Source: Candidatus Micrarchaeota archaeon (GTDB taxonomy: Archaea; Micrarchaeota; Micrarchaeia; Micrarchaeales; CABMGC01). Taken from it: 64,000 bases of DNA. The position numbers were made by a program, and so were the translations under genes. Under the pieces are notes generated by a model. That model was not told the DNA's origin and did not search any database. It was given only the letters and a program-made list of their open reading frames with translations. The stretch lies in assembly GCA_027319905.1 (NCBI GenBank), contig DAHVMJ010000001.1:32001-96000 (forward strand). The letters are read 5' to 3'. Shown here piece by piece: positions 8,472-17,570 of this stretch. How positions within the stretch are numbered: position 1 is the first letter of the stretch; every line of letters starts with the position of its first letter.

Positions 8472-9811
8472 CTTGACGCGGACGTCACGTTAGTGAAGAC
8501 TATCCCCACGCCTTCCACCTGCGCGCCAACCTGATACTGCGACCCGAGCTTCGGACTTATCGCGAACATGCCATGGCCGAACGAGATGGTGCCGTTGAAG
8601 CTCAGCGTTGCCGATTGTCCTGACTGCAGCGTGTAGCTCTGGCTCGCGTTCTCAAAGTCTTCGGTGCCAAGAGGCACAGAAAGGGCGCCGTTGCTCTGCA
8701 CAGAGAAGATCACGAGCTTCCTGTCGCTCTGCTCTGCCTGTATCTCGGTGCTGCGGTTCAGCACGAACTGCTGCAGACGAGATGTGAAGTTTGCCAAGCC
8801 TGCTGAAGTGCAGACGCTACTGTTTACCTGCACCGTTTCGCCTGCGCCCACGCTGACCTCGAAGTCGGGTATCTGGCTCCCGAAGGAACTGTTTCTAAGC
8901 AGGGTTTCTATCCTGTCCCTCTGTTCCGATGAGAGGTTCGTGCGATCGCTGCCGTTCTGGCTTGTGTTCGCTACAGCGCAGAACGTGCTATTGCTTATGT
9001 GCCTGGTCATGTTTGTGGTAAAGGCATAGGCTCTTGCCACAAGCGCGCTAGAGTTGTATCGTACGCTAAGGTTGCCCTTGAAGCCTACTTGCTTCACCGC
9101 CACGCTCGTGTTTGAGTTGTCCTTCAGTGTTATTGAGAAGTGAGTTACGTTGCCGGAAGCGACAGAGAGTGACGCGGATGTTATTGAAATGTTGGGCCTT
9201 GTTTCTTCCAGATCTGCGGCCTCGTTTTTTGTAAGCGATGCCCTTGCGCCTACGTGGAGTGCCGCCTTGCTACTTCCGTTGCCCACAACAACAGCCCTTA
9301 CTGAGGGCACGAGCACGAAGACTGTGGACGTGTTAGTAATTATGCTTGCTACCACAGGCGAAAGGTCTACGAGAACGCTCGCGTTGCCGTTGAGCGCGGT
9401 TCTGCCGTTTATGTGTGCGGTCACAGCCCCGCTCGGGACCGTTACGTTGTGAGTGGTGCCGTTCACAGTTATGGTGGCCGAGGTGACGTTGAACCTTACC
9501 ATCCCTATGCTTGCGTTCGCTGGCACAGTAATAGTGCCCATCGTCTGGCTCAGGTTAAGAACCGCAAGAAGATTTATGCTTCCTGATCCGCTCGCCGAGA
9601 CCCAGCCTGATTCGTTCCCGGCGTTGCTGAGGTGCGCCTCGAGAGACGAGTAGTTTATGATAAGAGCAGAAGTGCCGGCTGGCACCTGCGCAGGATCCGT
9701 CAGCTGCAGCGCTACGAGGTTGCTCTTAGTGGCGCTTGAGGATGGTAGAAGCAGGAATATCGCAACTATCAGAATCGCAATCAGAACCACAACAGGAGCC
9801 AGTTTGTTCAT
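8468..9811 (-). CDS. Membrane-anchored secreted glycoprotein, DUF4382-like
   Basis: N-terminal TM/signal segment, LQLTDPAQVP motif, beta-rich S/T/N sequence with many N-x-S/T sequons. Confidence 0.75.
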   Translation of the reverse strand: MNKLAPVVVLIAILIVAIFLLLPSSSATKSNLVALQLTDPAQVPAGTSALIINYSSLEAHLSNAGNESGWVSASGSGSINLLAVLNLSQTMGTITVPANASIGMVRFNVTSATITVNGTTHNVTVPSGAVTAHINGRTALNGNASVLVDLSPVVASIITNTSTVFVLVPSVRAVVVGNGSSKAALHVGARASLTKNEAADLEETRPNISITSASLSVASGNVTHFSITLKDNSNTSVAVKQVGFKGNLSVRYNSSALVARAYAFTTNMTRHISNSTFCAVANTSQNGSDRTNLSSEQRDRIETLLRNSSFGSQIPDFEVSVGAGETVQVNSSVCTSAGLANFTSRLQQFVLNRSTEIQAEQSDRKLVIFSVQSNGALSVPLGTEDFENASQSYTLQSGQSATLSFNGTISFGHGMFAISPKLGSQYQVGAQVEGVGIVFTNVTSASS

Positions 9812-9900
9812 CTTATACCTGACTATTTGCTACGTTGGATTTAATAAATGCTGTAGCAGCGTAAGGTTTTGTAAGAAAGAATTACGCTTTGAACAGAAGA

Positions 9901-9986
9901 CGCTGGGTGCGAGAATCGAACTCGCGAAGGCCATTTCTAGCCAAACAGCTTAGCAGGCTGCCGCCCTACCACTAGGCGAACCCAGC
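9901..9986 (-). tRNA. tRNA-Ser (GCT)
   Basis: Acceptor GCTGGGT/ACCCAGC with discriminator G; anticodon arm GCAGC-CTGCTAA-GCTGT; long variable arm; T loop TTCGATT; no encoded CCA. Confidence 0.95.
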
Positions 9987-10193
9987 ACGGTGGGAATAGG
10001 AATTCAGCAATTAAAAGCTATGCGTTTGTTCTGGCGCGCTGGCCGATTGATCTGTGCGTGTCGCGCACCACATCGGGATCTTGCGGCCGGGACCCACAGA
10101 TACGGCTATGATTTCCTTGTCAAAAGAAAATATGCTAAACGTTTTTCTTACAAGCGTTTATATAGAGAAGCTCCGCAATAGCGACGTGGGAAA

Positions 10194-10427
10194 ATGGCGG
10201 ATGGGAAACAAAAAACCGTGAGCCTTACTGAAAAACAAAGAACTGAGAGAGTAGCAGAGATCAGGAAACTGATGTCAGAGCGAGACAAGCACATCAATGA
10301 CCCCTATGCGTATTACATTGAGGAGATAGATCAGGTCAGAGCATTTCAGAGCACTGCAAGGTCAAACATCGGATTCCTTCTAGGCGAAGTTGAGAGATTG
10401 CAGGACCCGACGCAAAAGAGGGCATGA
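10194..10427 (+). CDS. Small hypothetical protein
   Basis: 77-aa helical ORF preceded by TATA-like TTTATATA. Confidence 0.6.
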   Translation: MADGKQKTVSLTEKQRTERVAEIRKLMSERDKHINDPYAYYIEEIDQVRAFQSTARSNIGFLLGEVERLQDPTQKRA

Positions 10428-10452
10428 GGCTGCCGCGGCAATTAAGAGCGGC

Positions 10453-11061
10453 TTATTCAAATGCGCTGGCAAGTTTGTCCTTACCTATCGCGCCTTCTCT
10501 CAGTATCTTGTAGCCTGAGTCCGTGACCTCCACCACAGTCGACCCCTGTGCGTACTCGGATTCGTCTGAGTCTACAACCAGGCCAACAGAGCCAAGCAGC
10601 TTCTCGTCCAGATCCACGGCATGCGCGATGCTGCCGAATCCAGATATGTTTGCCGAGGTCGCCGTTATTGGATTTGGAAACTGCCGCAGGAGCCTTTGAG
10701 AGAAGTCATTGCTGGGTATTCTTATTCCGACCTTGCCGTTCAGCGAGAGTAGCGGGATTGGCGTGATTGCCCTAACTACCAGAGTCAGCGGTCCGGGAAG
10801 GAACTTTAGCGCAAGAGTTTCTGCCACTCTGTTGAATATTGCTATGTCCTTTGCCCTTTCCACATTTGCGACTGCTATGGATGCGGGTTTGCTTTCATCC
10901 CTCTTCTTTGCAGTGAAAAGCTTCTTCAGCGCGGCCCTGTTTGTAGAGTCAACACCGAGACCGTAAACGGTTTCTGTTGGGTACGCTATGATCCCTCCAC
11001 TGGCAAGGACTCTGGCACACTCTGCCACAGCGTCTGCGTCAGCCTTGAGGAACTTTGCCAT
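10453..11061 (-). CDS. sua5: Threonylcarbamoyl-AMP synthase (Sua5/TsaC, short form)
   Basis: YPTETVYGLG, KKRDESKP, PGPLTLV, TSANISG, STVV, ILREGAI. Confidence 0.93.
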   Translation of the reverse strand: MAKFLKADADAVAECARVLASGGIIAYPTETVYGLGVDSTNRAALKKLFTAKKRDESKPASIAVANVERAKDIAIFNRVAETLALKFLPGPLTLVVRAITPIPLLSLNGKVGIRIPSNDFSQRLLRQFPNPITATSANISGFGSIAHAVDLDEKLLGSVGLVVDSDESEYAQGSTVVEVTDSGYKILREGAIGKDKLASAFE

Positions 11062-11072
11062 GCGATCATCGT

Positions 11073-11334
11073 GCAGCAGGAGCCGATCTAGCCGCAGGCA
11101 AGCATGCCGAGTTGTCCACGCCTCTGCTCAGCCCTGTATCTCCAGAGCACAGCCGCGCATACTTAGGGTTGCTCCTTCCGGCCTGGCCCGGTTCATACGT
11201 GAGACCGCCACTGGAGGCAAGACCTCGACGCTTTGGCGAGGGCCCGACATGCATGCGTGCAACGCAAACGGCATACGGCCCGCCGAAGGGGATTTGCGGA
11301 ATGGGAAACCCCTAGCTTCCCACCTCCCTACTGC
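11073..11334 (-). ncRNA. ffs: Signal recognition particle RNA
   Basis: Helix 8 signature GAACCGGGCCAGGCCGGAAGGAGCAACCC; Alu hairpins with complementary loops AGGGG/CCCCU; terminal helix GCAGUAGG/CCUGCUGC; BRE/TATA AAAACGCTTATTAAA upstream. Confidence 0.92.
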
Positions 11335-11369
11335 AATAAGAATATGCCGAGAGCATTTAATAAGCGTTT

Positions 11370-11768
11370 TTACGTCCTTTTAACGTGGCGGGCGCCGCAC
11401 AGGGTCGCCCCTGAATCTTTCATAGCCAGCTCTTCGCTCCTGTAGATCCTAGAAACCCTGGGATTCAGAATGAATATGAAGCCACCACGGGTGGTTCCCG
11501 ATATCGGGATCACAGCGTATCCGTGCACTATCCCTTTCGTTGTAAGTTTGTAAACCCCTTGCCAGAAACTCATCGGGCTGCCGTGGCCTTTGAAGTCTAA
11601 CTCTTCTGCTTTAAGCTCGCGCCCTCTCAGTTCGAGACCGGTCAAAATCGGAGTGGTCTGCCTCAGCGGCCACCCTGAAGCTTTCCATTCGGATTTATTA
11701 TCATTGATATAGTTGAATTTATTCCCATCTGCGTCGATAAAGGTGTGCACTTTTAGGTTTTGAGCCAT
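11370..11768 (-). CDS. Hypothetical protein
   Basis: 132-aa ORF with ATG start and AT-rich upstream region; no motif recognised. Confidence 0.55.
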   Translation of the reverse strand: MAQNLKVHTFIDADGNKFNYINDNKSEWKASGWPLRQTTPILTGLELRGRELKAEELDFKGHGSPMSFWQGVYKLTTKGIVHGYAVIPISGTTRGGFIFILNPRVSRIYRSEELAMKDSGATLCGARHVKRT

Positions 11769-11863
11769 CTTATCTAACTCGAGTTAGGTTTTTTGCTTAA
11801 TAATAATTGGCTTTAAAAAAAGTGATGCGAATAGCTTAATAACCCCTTAAACCTACTATTAAC

Positions 11864-12286
11864 GTGATTCTTTTGGATTCGAACTATGAGCAACTGCTCG
11901 ATAGGGCGTTCGCCAAGCTGCCCAGTCTCGCTACCGAGAAGTCCGATTTCAAGGTACCAGAGGTGGATTCGATAATACAGGGCAGCAAGACGATGATCAG
12001 GAACTTCTCGCAGATTGCAGACGCAGCCCGAAGGGATGAGGCCGATATTGCGAAATATCTGAGCAAGGAACTGGCCGCGCCGGTAAGCGTGGGGGATCAG
12101 AAGCTCACTATAAGCGCCAAGGTACAGGCTGCTGCGCTGAACGACAAGGTAAAGAAGTATTTCGAGACATACGTTATATGCAAGGAGTGCCACAAGCCAG
12201 ACACGCACATCGAGGGAACAGAACGCGGCTACGAGACGCTTGTCTGCGAGGCATGCGGAGCAAGGTACACGGTAAAAAGATCTTGA
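11864..12286 (+). CDS. eif2b: Translation initiation factor aIF-2 beta
   Basis: YEQLLDRA, KTMIRNF, YVICKECHKPDT...CEACGA zinc ribbon. Confidence 0.95.
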   Translation: MILLDSNYEQLLDRAFAKLPSLATEKSDFKVPEVDSIIQGSKTMIRNFSQIADAARRDEADIAKYLSKELAAPVSVGDQKLTISAKVQAAALNDKVKKYFETYVICKECHKPDTHIEGTERGYETLVCEACGARYTVKRS

Positions 12287-12295
12287 GGTTTTTGA

Positions 12296-12619
12296 TTGGC
12301 GTACTACAGAGGTAGAGGAAGGGGCGGCAAGCGCCCAGAGCCAGTCTACGAACTGAAGATACCGCAGCAGGGAGAGGTCGTGGGCGTTGTGGTGCAGGCG
12401 ATGGGTGCATCGAAGTTCAAGATACGCTGCTCCGACAGCTTTGAGCGCATCTGCAGCATACCGGGCAGGCTCAGGAGAAGGTTCTGGATAAAGGAGAACG
12501 ACCTCGTGGTTGTCAAGCCGTGGGTGGTGCAGAGCAACGAACGCGGGGACATTGTCTGGAGATACAGCATAGGAGACAGGGACAGGCTGCGCGACAGGGG
12601 CATTCAGGTGCCGCAATAG
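12296..12619 (+). CDS. eif1a: Translation initiation factor aIF-1A
   Basis: CSIPGRLRRRFWIKENDLVVVKPW...RGDIVWRY. Confidence 0.95.
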   Translation: MAYYRGRGRGGKRPEPVYELKIPQQGEVVGVVVQAMGASKFKIRCSDSFERICSIPGRLRRRFWIKENDLVVVKPWVVQSNERGDIVWRYSIGDRDRLRDRGIQVPQ

Positions 12620-12627
12620 CAACGCGG

Positions 12628-13389
12628 CTAGCTACCTGTTATTCGCCCTAGGACCTCTGTCGGATCTTTCTCTATCCCATACGTCTTGCTGAAGTAGTGC
12701 AGTATGTTTCCCACGTCTCTTTCCAAATACCTCGTTGCATCTGGATGCTTGATGCGCACCGCCTGCCCGAAGTCTATCATGTAGGGCATGCCACCGACCA
12801 TGAGTATGTTGTACTCGCTCAGGTCTGCGTGCACCAGCTCATTTGCGTAGAGTCTGTGCGTATCCTCCAGGATTGCAGCCAGTGTCTTATCAGGGTCCTG
12901 CAGCCCCTCCTCCCTCATTGTCTTCGCCGGCTTGCCGTCCTCGCCCAGGAACTCCATCGCGAGAACGTTGCCGCTGAACGCGTAGGGACGCGGTGCGTGT
13001 ATCTCTGCGGCTTCAGCGACAAGCAGGTTGCCATATTCTTTCTTGCACCACTCGCTCACTATCGCGAAGATGCTGCCCTTCACCCTGCCGAACCGGGGAT
13101 CGCCCTCTATGTACTTTATGCGGTTCTGGAATCTGGCATTCTCAAGCCTGAAGACCTTGAGCGCGAGGAACTCGCTTCCGACCTTCTCGCCAGCATCTGC
13201 CAGATAGACGTCGGCTTCCTTGCCTCTCGCTATTATGAACTCCATGCTCGCGACCACGCCCTTGTTGAAGAGCTTGCCTATGCGCAGCATGGTCCTGTTG
13301 TCGAAAATGCCCTCCTCTATCTTCAGCTGTTCGTTTATCGGATGCTTCTCCCTGCTTGGCTGCTTCTCCCTGCTCCTGCGTCTTGCCAT
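12628..13389 (-). CDS. rio1: RIO1 serine/threonine kinase
   Basis: GKEADVY, YIEGDPRF, KEYGNL, LVHADLSEYNIL, IDFGQAV. Confidence 0.93.
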   Translation of the reverse strand: MARRRSREKQPSREKHPINEQLKIEEGIFDNRTMLRIGKLFNKGVVASMEFIIARGKEADVYLADAGEKVGSEFLALKVFRLENARFQNRIKYIEGDPRFGRVKGSIFAIVSEWCKKEYGNLLVAEAAEIHAPRPYAFSGNVLAMEFLGEDGKPAKTMREEGLQDPDKTLAAILEDTHRLYANELVHADLSEYNILMVGGMPYMIDFGQAVRIKHPDATRYLERDVGNILHYFSKTYGIEKDPTEVLGRITGS

Positions 13390-13438
13390 ACGCTATTTAT
13401 TCCTAACCAGCTATATCAATATAGCGCAGCCTGGTTGT

Positions 13439-14080
13439 ATGGGGGAAGTCAAGATAATTGTTGACAAGCGTGAGAGGAACCTAGACATACTCGAGGGGCT
13501 TTCTGGCTCTGGAATCATGCTCAGCTTCGCGCAGCTCCCTGTTGGTGACTATGTACTGTCAGACAGGATGTGCGTCGAGCGCAAGACGGCGCATGACCTT
13601 GAGAGTTCGATAATAAATGCGCGACTTTTCGATCAAGTCGAGAGGCTCAGCGGCACTTACAAGAAGCCCATACTGCTGATTGAGGGAGAGGAAAGCGAGT
13701 TTGCAATGAACCCTAACGTGGTTCTGGGTGCGATAATAAGCGTGTACAGCGACTACAACGTGCAGGTGCTGAGGGCGAGGGACACGGCGGAGACGGTCAG
13801 CACGCTTGCGAGGTTGGCAGAAAGAGAGCAGGAAGAGCGCAGGGAACCGCGCATGCTTGGTTCGAAAAGGGCGCTCAGCAATTCGCAGTGGCAACTCCTC
13901 ATCCTTAGCTCCATACCTGGCGTTGGACCCAAGCTCGCGAGATCGCTCATAAGCCACTTCAAGACGGTAAAGAACGTTGTATCTGCAGAGCCTGACGAAC
14001 TGATGAAGGTAAACAAGATTGGGGGAAAGAAAGCGGAGAAGATATACGAGATACTAAACGCGAAGTTCGTTGAGGAGTGA
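13439..14080 (+). CDS. xpf: Short XPF/ERCC4 endonuclease with tandem HhH motifs
   Basis: IIVDKRE, GDYVLS, VERKT, IPGVGPKLA, KIGGKKA. Start placed at ATG 13439. Confidence 0.9.
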   Translation: MGEVKIIVDKRERNLDILEGLSGSGIMLSFAQLPVGDYVLSDRMCVERKTAHDLESSIINARLFDQVERLSGTYKKPILLIEGEESEFAMNPNVVLGAIISVYSDYNVQVLRARDTAETVSTLARLAEREQEERREPRMLGSKRALSNSQWQLLILSSIPGVGPKLARSLISHFKTVKNVVSAEPDELMKVNKIGGKKAEKIYEILNAKFVEE

Positions 14081-14111
14081 GCTGCCTAACATGAATTCTT
14101 ATTAAGAGGGA

Positions 14112-14957
14112 ATGGGAAGCAATCACGCTGATTCTATGGCTGAGAGGAACAAACAGTACGTGGGTGTGTGCGGTATCTCTACGGTAGAGGAGGCAAAGCG
14201 TTCTGTTTCGCTTTTCAGAGAAGCCGGCTTCGACATGAAGACCGCGCACATTCCGATGTGGGGCTTTCAGGCTTCGTGGAAGACTCTTGCGTTTGGATTC
14301 AGCGAAGGCAACAGGCGTGTGCCAACCAGAGACGACCTACCCTACGTGCTCGAAGCGGTCAACGGCGAAGGCTTCGTAACGATACACTACTACACCAAAC
14401 AGCCGGAGCTGCTGGTGCAGCAGCTACGAGCTCTGCTGGAGCTCGGGGCCATATACCGCAGAGGGCTCGTTGATGGAGTACAGCTGAACAAGGTGTGGCC
14501 GACCACGGCGCAGATGGCAGAGATCAAAGCCGAGTTCCCGCAGTTGAAGATCATACTGCAGATGTCCCCGCACGTGACCGCAGGGATGAGCATGGAGCAA
14601 GTGGCGGTCAAACTGGCAAATGGGTACTCCGGAATTGATTACATAATATTGGACTCTTCTGGCGGAAGAGGCATAGAGTTTGACATGCAGGCAATCACAT
14701 CGGAATACCAGACGCTGAAGAGCGGCGGAGTGAAATCAGATATTGTATTCGCAGGAGGATTCAGTGGCGAGAATGTCGCAGAGAAGCTGTCCGGGCTTAT
14801 CAGGGCCACGAACACCACATCGTTCTCCATAGACGCTGAGGGAGGCTTGCGAGACAAGCTGGGAGAAGGCTACGGCAACGACGCGTTCAATGCTGAAAAA
14901 GCAAGGACATATCTGAAGGGCGCGGCAGAGGTCTTGCTTCAAGGAAAGAGGACGTAG
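14112..14957 (+). CDS. TrpF-like (phosphoribosylanthranilate isomerase fold) TIM-barrel protein
   Basis: VGVCGIST, VQLN, ILDSSGGRG, FAGGFSGENV, IDAEGGLR resemble PRAI motifs; function not assured. Confidence 0.65.
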   Translation: MGSNHADSMAERNKQYVGVCGISTVEEAKRSVSLFREAGFDMKTAHIPMWGFQASWKTLAFGFSEGNRRVPTRDDLPYVLEAVNGEGFVTIHYYTKQPELLVQQLRALLELGAIYRRGLVDGVQLNKVWPTTAQMAEIKAEFPQLKIILQMSPHVTAGMSMEQVAVKLANGYSGIDYIILDSSGGRGIEFDMQAITSEYQTLKSGGVKSDIVFAGGFSGENVAEKLSGLIRATNTTSFSIDAEGGLRDKLGEGYGNDAFNAEKARTYLKGAAEVLLQGKRT

Positions 14958-15192
14958 TTGGAAGCCGTTCCGCGATAAATGGCAACGCATTTGTTGAGCG
15001 TCGGAGGCAGTGCGTTTTCTCTTTTCTTCGTGCTGCAAAGCAGAGTGGATGGGAGGGGCAGCAGACACCAAGATATTGACGACCTGGGTCGGGGAGAACC
15101 AGAAATCGGATGCATGCCCGTTGCCCCCAAACTACTGTGCTGCAAAAGCGTAAATATGTTTGCGCTTTTGACACAAGACATATAACACTTCT

Positions 15193-15657
15193 TCAGCTTT
15201 TTGATAACTCTGTTATAGCGACATCTCCTGCTGCTGAGACGTCGAATTTAAGGGGCACGCGCTCTGCGTTTCTTATCTGGTTTGCTTTGGAAAATCTTGT
15301 GAAGATCGCCATGCTTGTCGCGAATACGAAGAACCTCTTGCTTGTCTTTGCACCCATTTCTTTAAGCGCCTTACCTACATTCATCGTACCGCAGAGGAGC
15401 AGGAGCATCTCGATCTGCACTTCCCTGGCTCGCATGGTGCCGTCCTTCATCCTTATCATGGCGTTTACGAGCGCGGGCAGTACTCTCGGTGCCACCTCTT
15501 CCTTGTGATCGAAAAGAAGCACGAAATCTTTGTCTCTCGATATCGCTTTTGAGCTCTTCACCAATTGTTCTATCCCTTTTGCGTTGCTGCAACTGTAGAG
15601 CACGGGCTTGAGCCTGAACTCCAGAGGGGTCCCATCTGATACCGTCATCACAATCAA
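15193..15657 (-). CDS. cgi121: KEOPS complex subunit Cgi121
   Basis: ALVNA...GTMRAREVQIEMLLLLCGTMNVGKALKEMGAK. Confidence 0.8.
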   Translation of the reverse strand: MIVMTVSDGTPLEFRLKPVLYSCSNAKGIEQLVKSSKAISRDKDFVLLFDHKEEVAPRVLPALVNAMIRMKDGTMRAREVQIEMLLLLCGTMNVGKALKEMGAKTSKRFFVFATSMAIFTRFSKANQIRNAERVPLKFDVSAAGDVAITELSKS

Positions 15658-15707
15658 TAAAACTCTTTCCTTGTTAATCTATATAACACATTCTGATTTG
15701 TGATACA

Positions 15708-16106
15708 ATGAGCCAGTTCGGTGCACAACTACACGATAAATCCGACCGCGTAGCCTCGGGAAGTGGCAAGCGGAAGAACAGGACAAGAGACAAGAGAAGA
15801 AGCGAGATGGGCGGATACTTCGCTGCCTCAAAGGTGGGGAGCGAGCAGGTGGTGAAGAAGGTGCGCGCTAGAGGAGGGACAACCAGAGGCGCGCTGCGAA
15901 ACGTGGCCTTTGCCAACGTACTTACCAAACAGGGATACAAGAAAGCGAAGGTGACCGGAGTTATTGAATCGAAAGACAACAGAAACTTTGCTAGACTGGG
16001 CATAATAACCAAAGGCGCGATGATAAACACCGAACTTGGAAAAGCCAGGGTGACAAACAGGCCAGGCCAGGAGGGCAGCATAAACGCCACGCTTATCGAA
16101 GGGTGA
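15708..16106 (+). CDS. rps8e: 30S ribosomal protein S8e
   Basis: VRARGG, NRNFARLGIITKGAMINTELGKARVTNRPGQEGSINA. Confidence 0.97.
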   Translation: MSQFGAQLHDKSDRVASGSGKRKNRTRDKRRSEMGGYFAASKVGSEQVVKKVRARGGTTRGALRNVAFANVLTKQGYKKAKVTGVIESKDNRNFARLGIITKGAMINTELGKARVTNRPGQEGSINATLIEG

Positions 16107-16110
16107 ATGA

Positions 16111-16584
16111 ATACCCGCAAGAGTCTACGTGCTTGATTCATCTGAAGCACCGGCACTGAAAAAAATGCTCGAGTACGATCCCTACCTTGACCCGAATCTG
16201 CTACCTAAGATGCCGAAGAAGTGGGAGGATGCAGATGATAGTTATTTCTCGGCGCATCCGGAAGAGAAAGAGGATGCTGAGAAACTGAAGAAGCAGATAG
16301 AAGACGCCGCTGAGAAGCTGAAAAACGACAGGGAGGCTAACATCATATTTGCTCGCCAGGACTATCAGCTGCGCGACGGCACGGCCATAGGCCTGGAGAG
16401 AGAAAAGAGCTACCTGTACCTGAGCGCCGACGACGCTTTTCTCGGAGCCGGAGAAGCAAAGCTCAAGAAGAGCATAAGTTCGCTGCAACGCGCTTCAGAG
16501 GACGTGGAGAAGAAGGTGATAAGCACCATAGATGAAGAGCGGCAGAAATCTGACAGCGGTCTAGGGTTCATATTCGGCCAGTGA
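16111..16584 (+). CDS. Hypothetical protein
   Basis: ORF between rps8e and argF. Start placed at ATA 16111 (4 nt after SD GGTGA); first canonical start is GTG 16129. Confidence 0.75.
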   Translation: MPARVYVLDSSEAPALKKMLEYDPYLDPNLLPKMPKKWEDADDSYFSAHPEEKEDAEKLKKQIEDAAEKLKNDREANIIFARQDYQLRDGTAIGLEREKSYLYLSADDAFLGAGEAKLKKSISSLQRASEDVEKKVISTIDEERQKSDSGLGFIFGQ

Positions 16585-16588
16585 GAGT

Positions 16589-17509
16589 ATGCATTTCCTA
16601 AGCATAAACGACTTCTCGCGAGACCAGATGAACGCCATATTCGACATAGCGGACCAGATAACCGAGGGAAAGACCACCACGTCGCTAAAGGAAGGCTCGA
16701 CGCTGGCGCTGTTATTCGAGAAACCGTCGACGCGCACGCGTGTTTCGTTCGAGGTGGCGATGTCAAGGTTGGGAGGCCGCTCGATATACATCGACAAGAA
16801 GACCACGCAGATGTCAAGGGGAGAGCCCATCTCAGACACCGCACGTATAATGAGCCTTTATGTTGATTTCGTGGCAGCAAGGATGGACCGCCATGAGGAT
16901 CTGGTAGAGTTTGCAAACAACTCGACAGTACCTGTCATAAACGCGCTCACCGATCTCGAACACCCGACTCAGTCGCTGGCAGACATATACACGATAGGCA
17001 ACGCGAAGAGAAGGATAAAGGGCGTGCGCATAGCGTTCACGGGAGACATCGCCCAGAACACTTGCAACTCGCTGATGCTCGCGGCCACGAAGCTCGGGGC
17101 CGAGATGGCTCTCGTGAGCCCCAAGAGCTTCCCGCCGAACCCCCAGTACCTCACGCGGGCGAGAGAGTATGGGGTCGTAGACATATTCGACAGCATGCAG
17201 GACGGTCTGGCGGGCGCAGACATCATATACACGGACACGTTCGCCTCGATTAGCGACACGTTTGGAAAGGTGGACCAGGACGAGGTTGAGAAGAGGAAGA
17301 GGATATTTGCCCCCTATCAGGTCAACGCAAAGGCGCTGCAGTATGCTGACAAAGAAGTACTCGTGATGCACCCGCTGCCGGCGTTCAGAGGGCAGGAGAT
17401 AACCGCTGATGTCCTCGATGGCTCGAGGAGCATAGTCTGGGACCAGGCGAAGAACAAGCTTGTCATTGAGCAGGCCATACTGATGTACCTGTCTGAAAAG
17501 AGCGCGTAA
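16589..17509 (+). CDS. argF: Ornithine carbamoyltransferase-like transcarbamylase
   Basis: FEKPSTRTRVSFE, RGEPISDTAR, VINAL, HPTQ, YTDTFAS, DQAKNK. Confidence 0.85.
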   Translation: MHFLSINDFSRDQMNAIFDIADQITEGKTTTSLKEGSTLALLFEKPSTRTRVSFEVAMSRLGGRSIYIDKKTTQMSRGEPISDTARIMSLYVDFVAARMDRHEDLVEFANNSTVPVINALTDLEHPTQSLADIYTIGNAKRRIKGVRIAFTGDIAQNTCNSLMLAATKLGAEMALVSPKSFPPNPQYLTRAREYGVVDIFDSMQDGLAGADIIYTDTFASISDTFGKVDQDEVEKRKRIFAPYQVNAKALQYADKEVLVMHPLPAFRGQEITADVLDGSRSIVWDQAKNKLVIEQAILMYLSEKSA

Positions 17510-17526
17510 CGCCAATGATTAAATAG

Positions 17527-17537
17527 GCGGCCTGGAA
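17527..17537 (+). repeat. 11-bp direct repeat GCGGCCTGGAA, left copy
   Basis: Identical copy at 18647-18657; the pair brackets the HIT and deaminase genes. Confidence 0.8.
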
Positions 17538-17570
17538 TAACGATCGAAGGTTTGGGGGATAAGGGGTTGC

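Noticed and set aside
5556..9703. Shared peptide L.DPAQVP.G in the vWA and DUF4382-like proteins
   Set aside because: Codons differ and the contexts are unrelated; most likely coincidence.
11221..11250. CGC-CAAA-GCG hairpin as SRP helix 6
   Set aside because: These bases pair better with the 3' strand as part of helix 5, and the loop is not GNAR.
15056..15130. RNase P RNA (AACCAGAAATCGG resembles its 3' conserved region)
   Set aside because: Far too short, and no GAGGAAAGUCC-like 5' conserved region.
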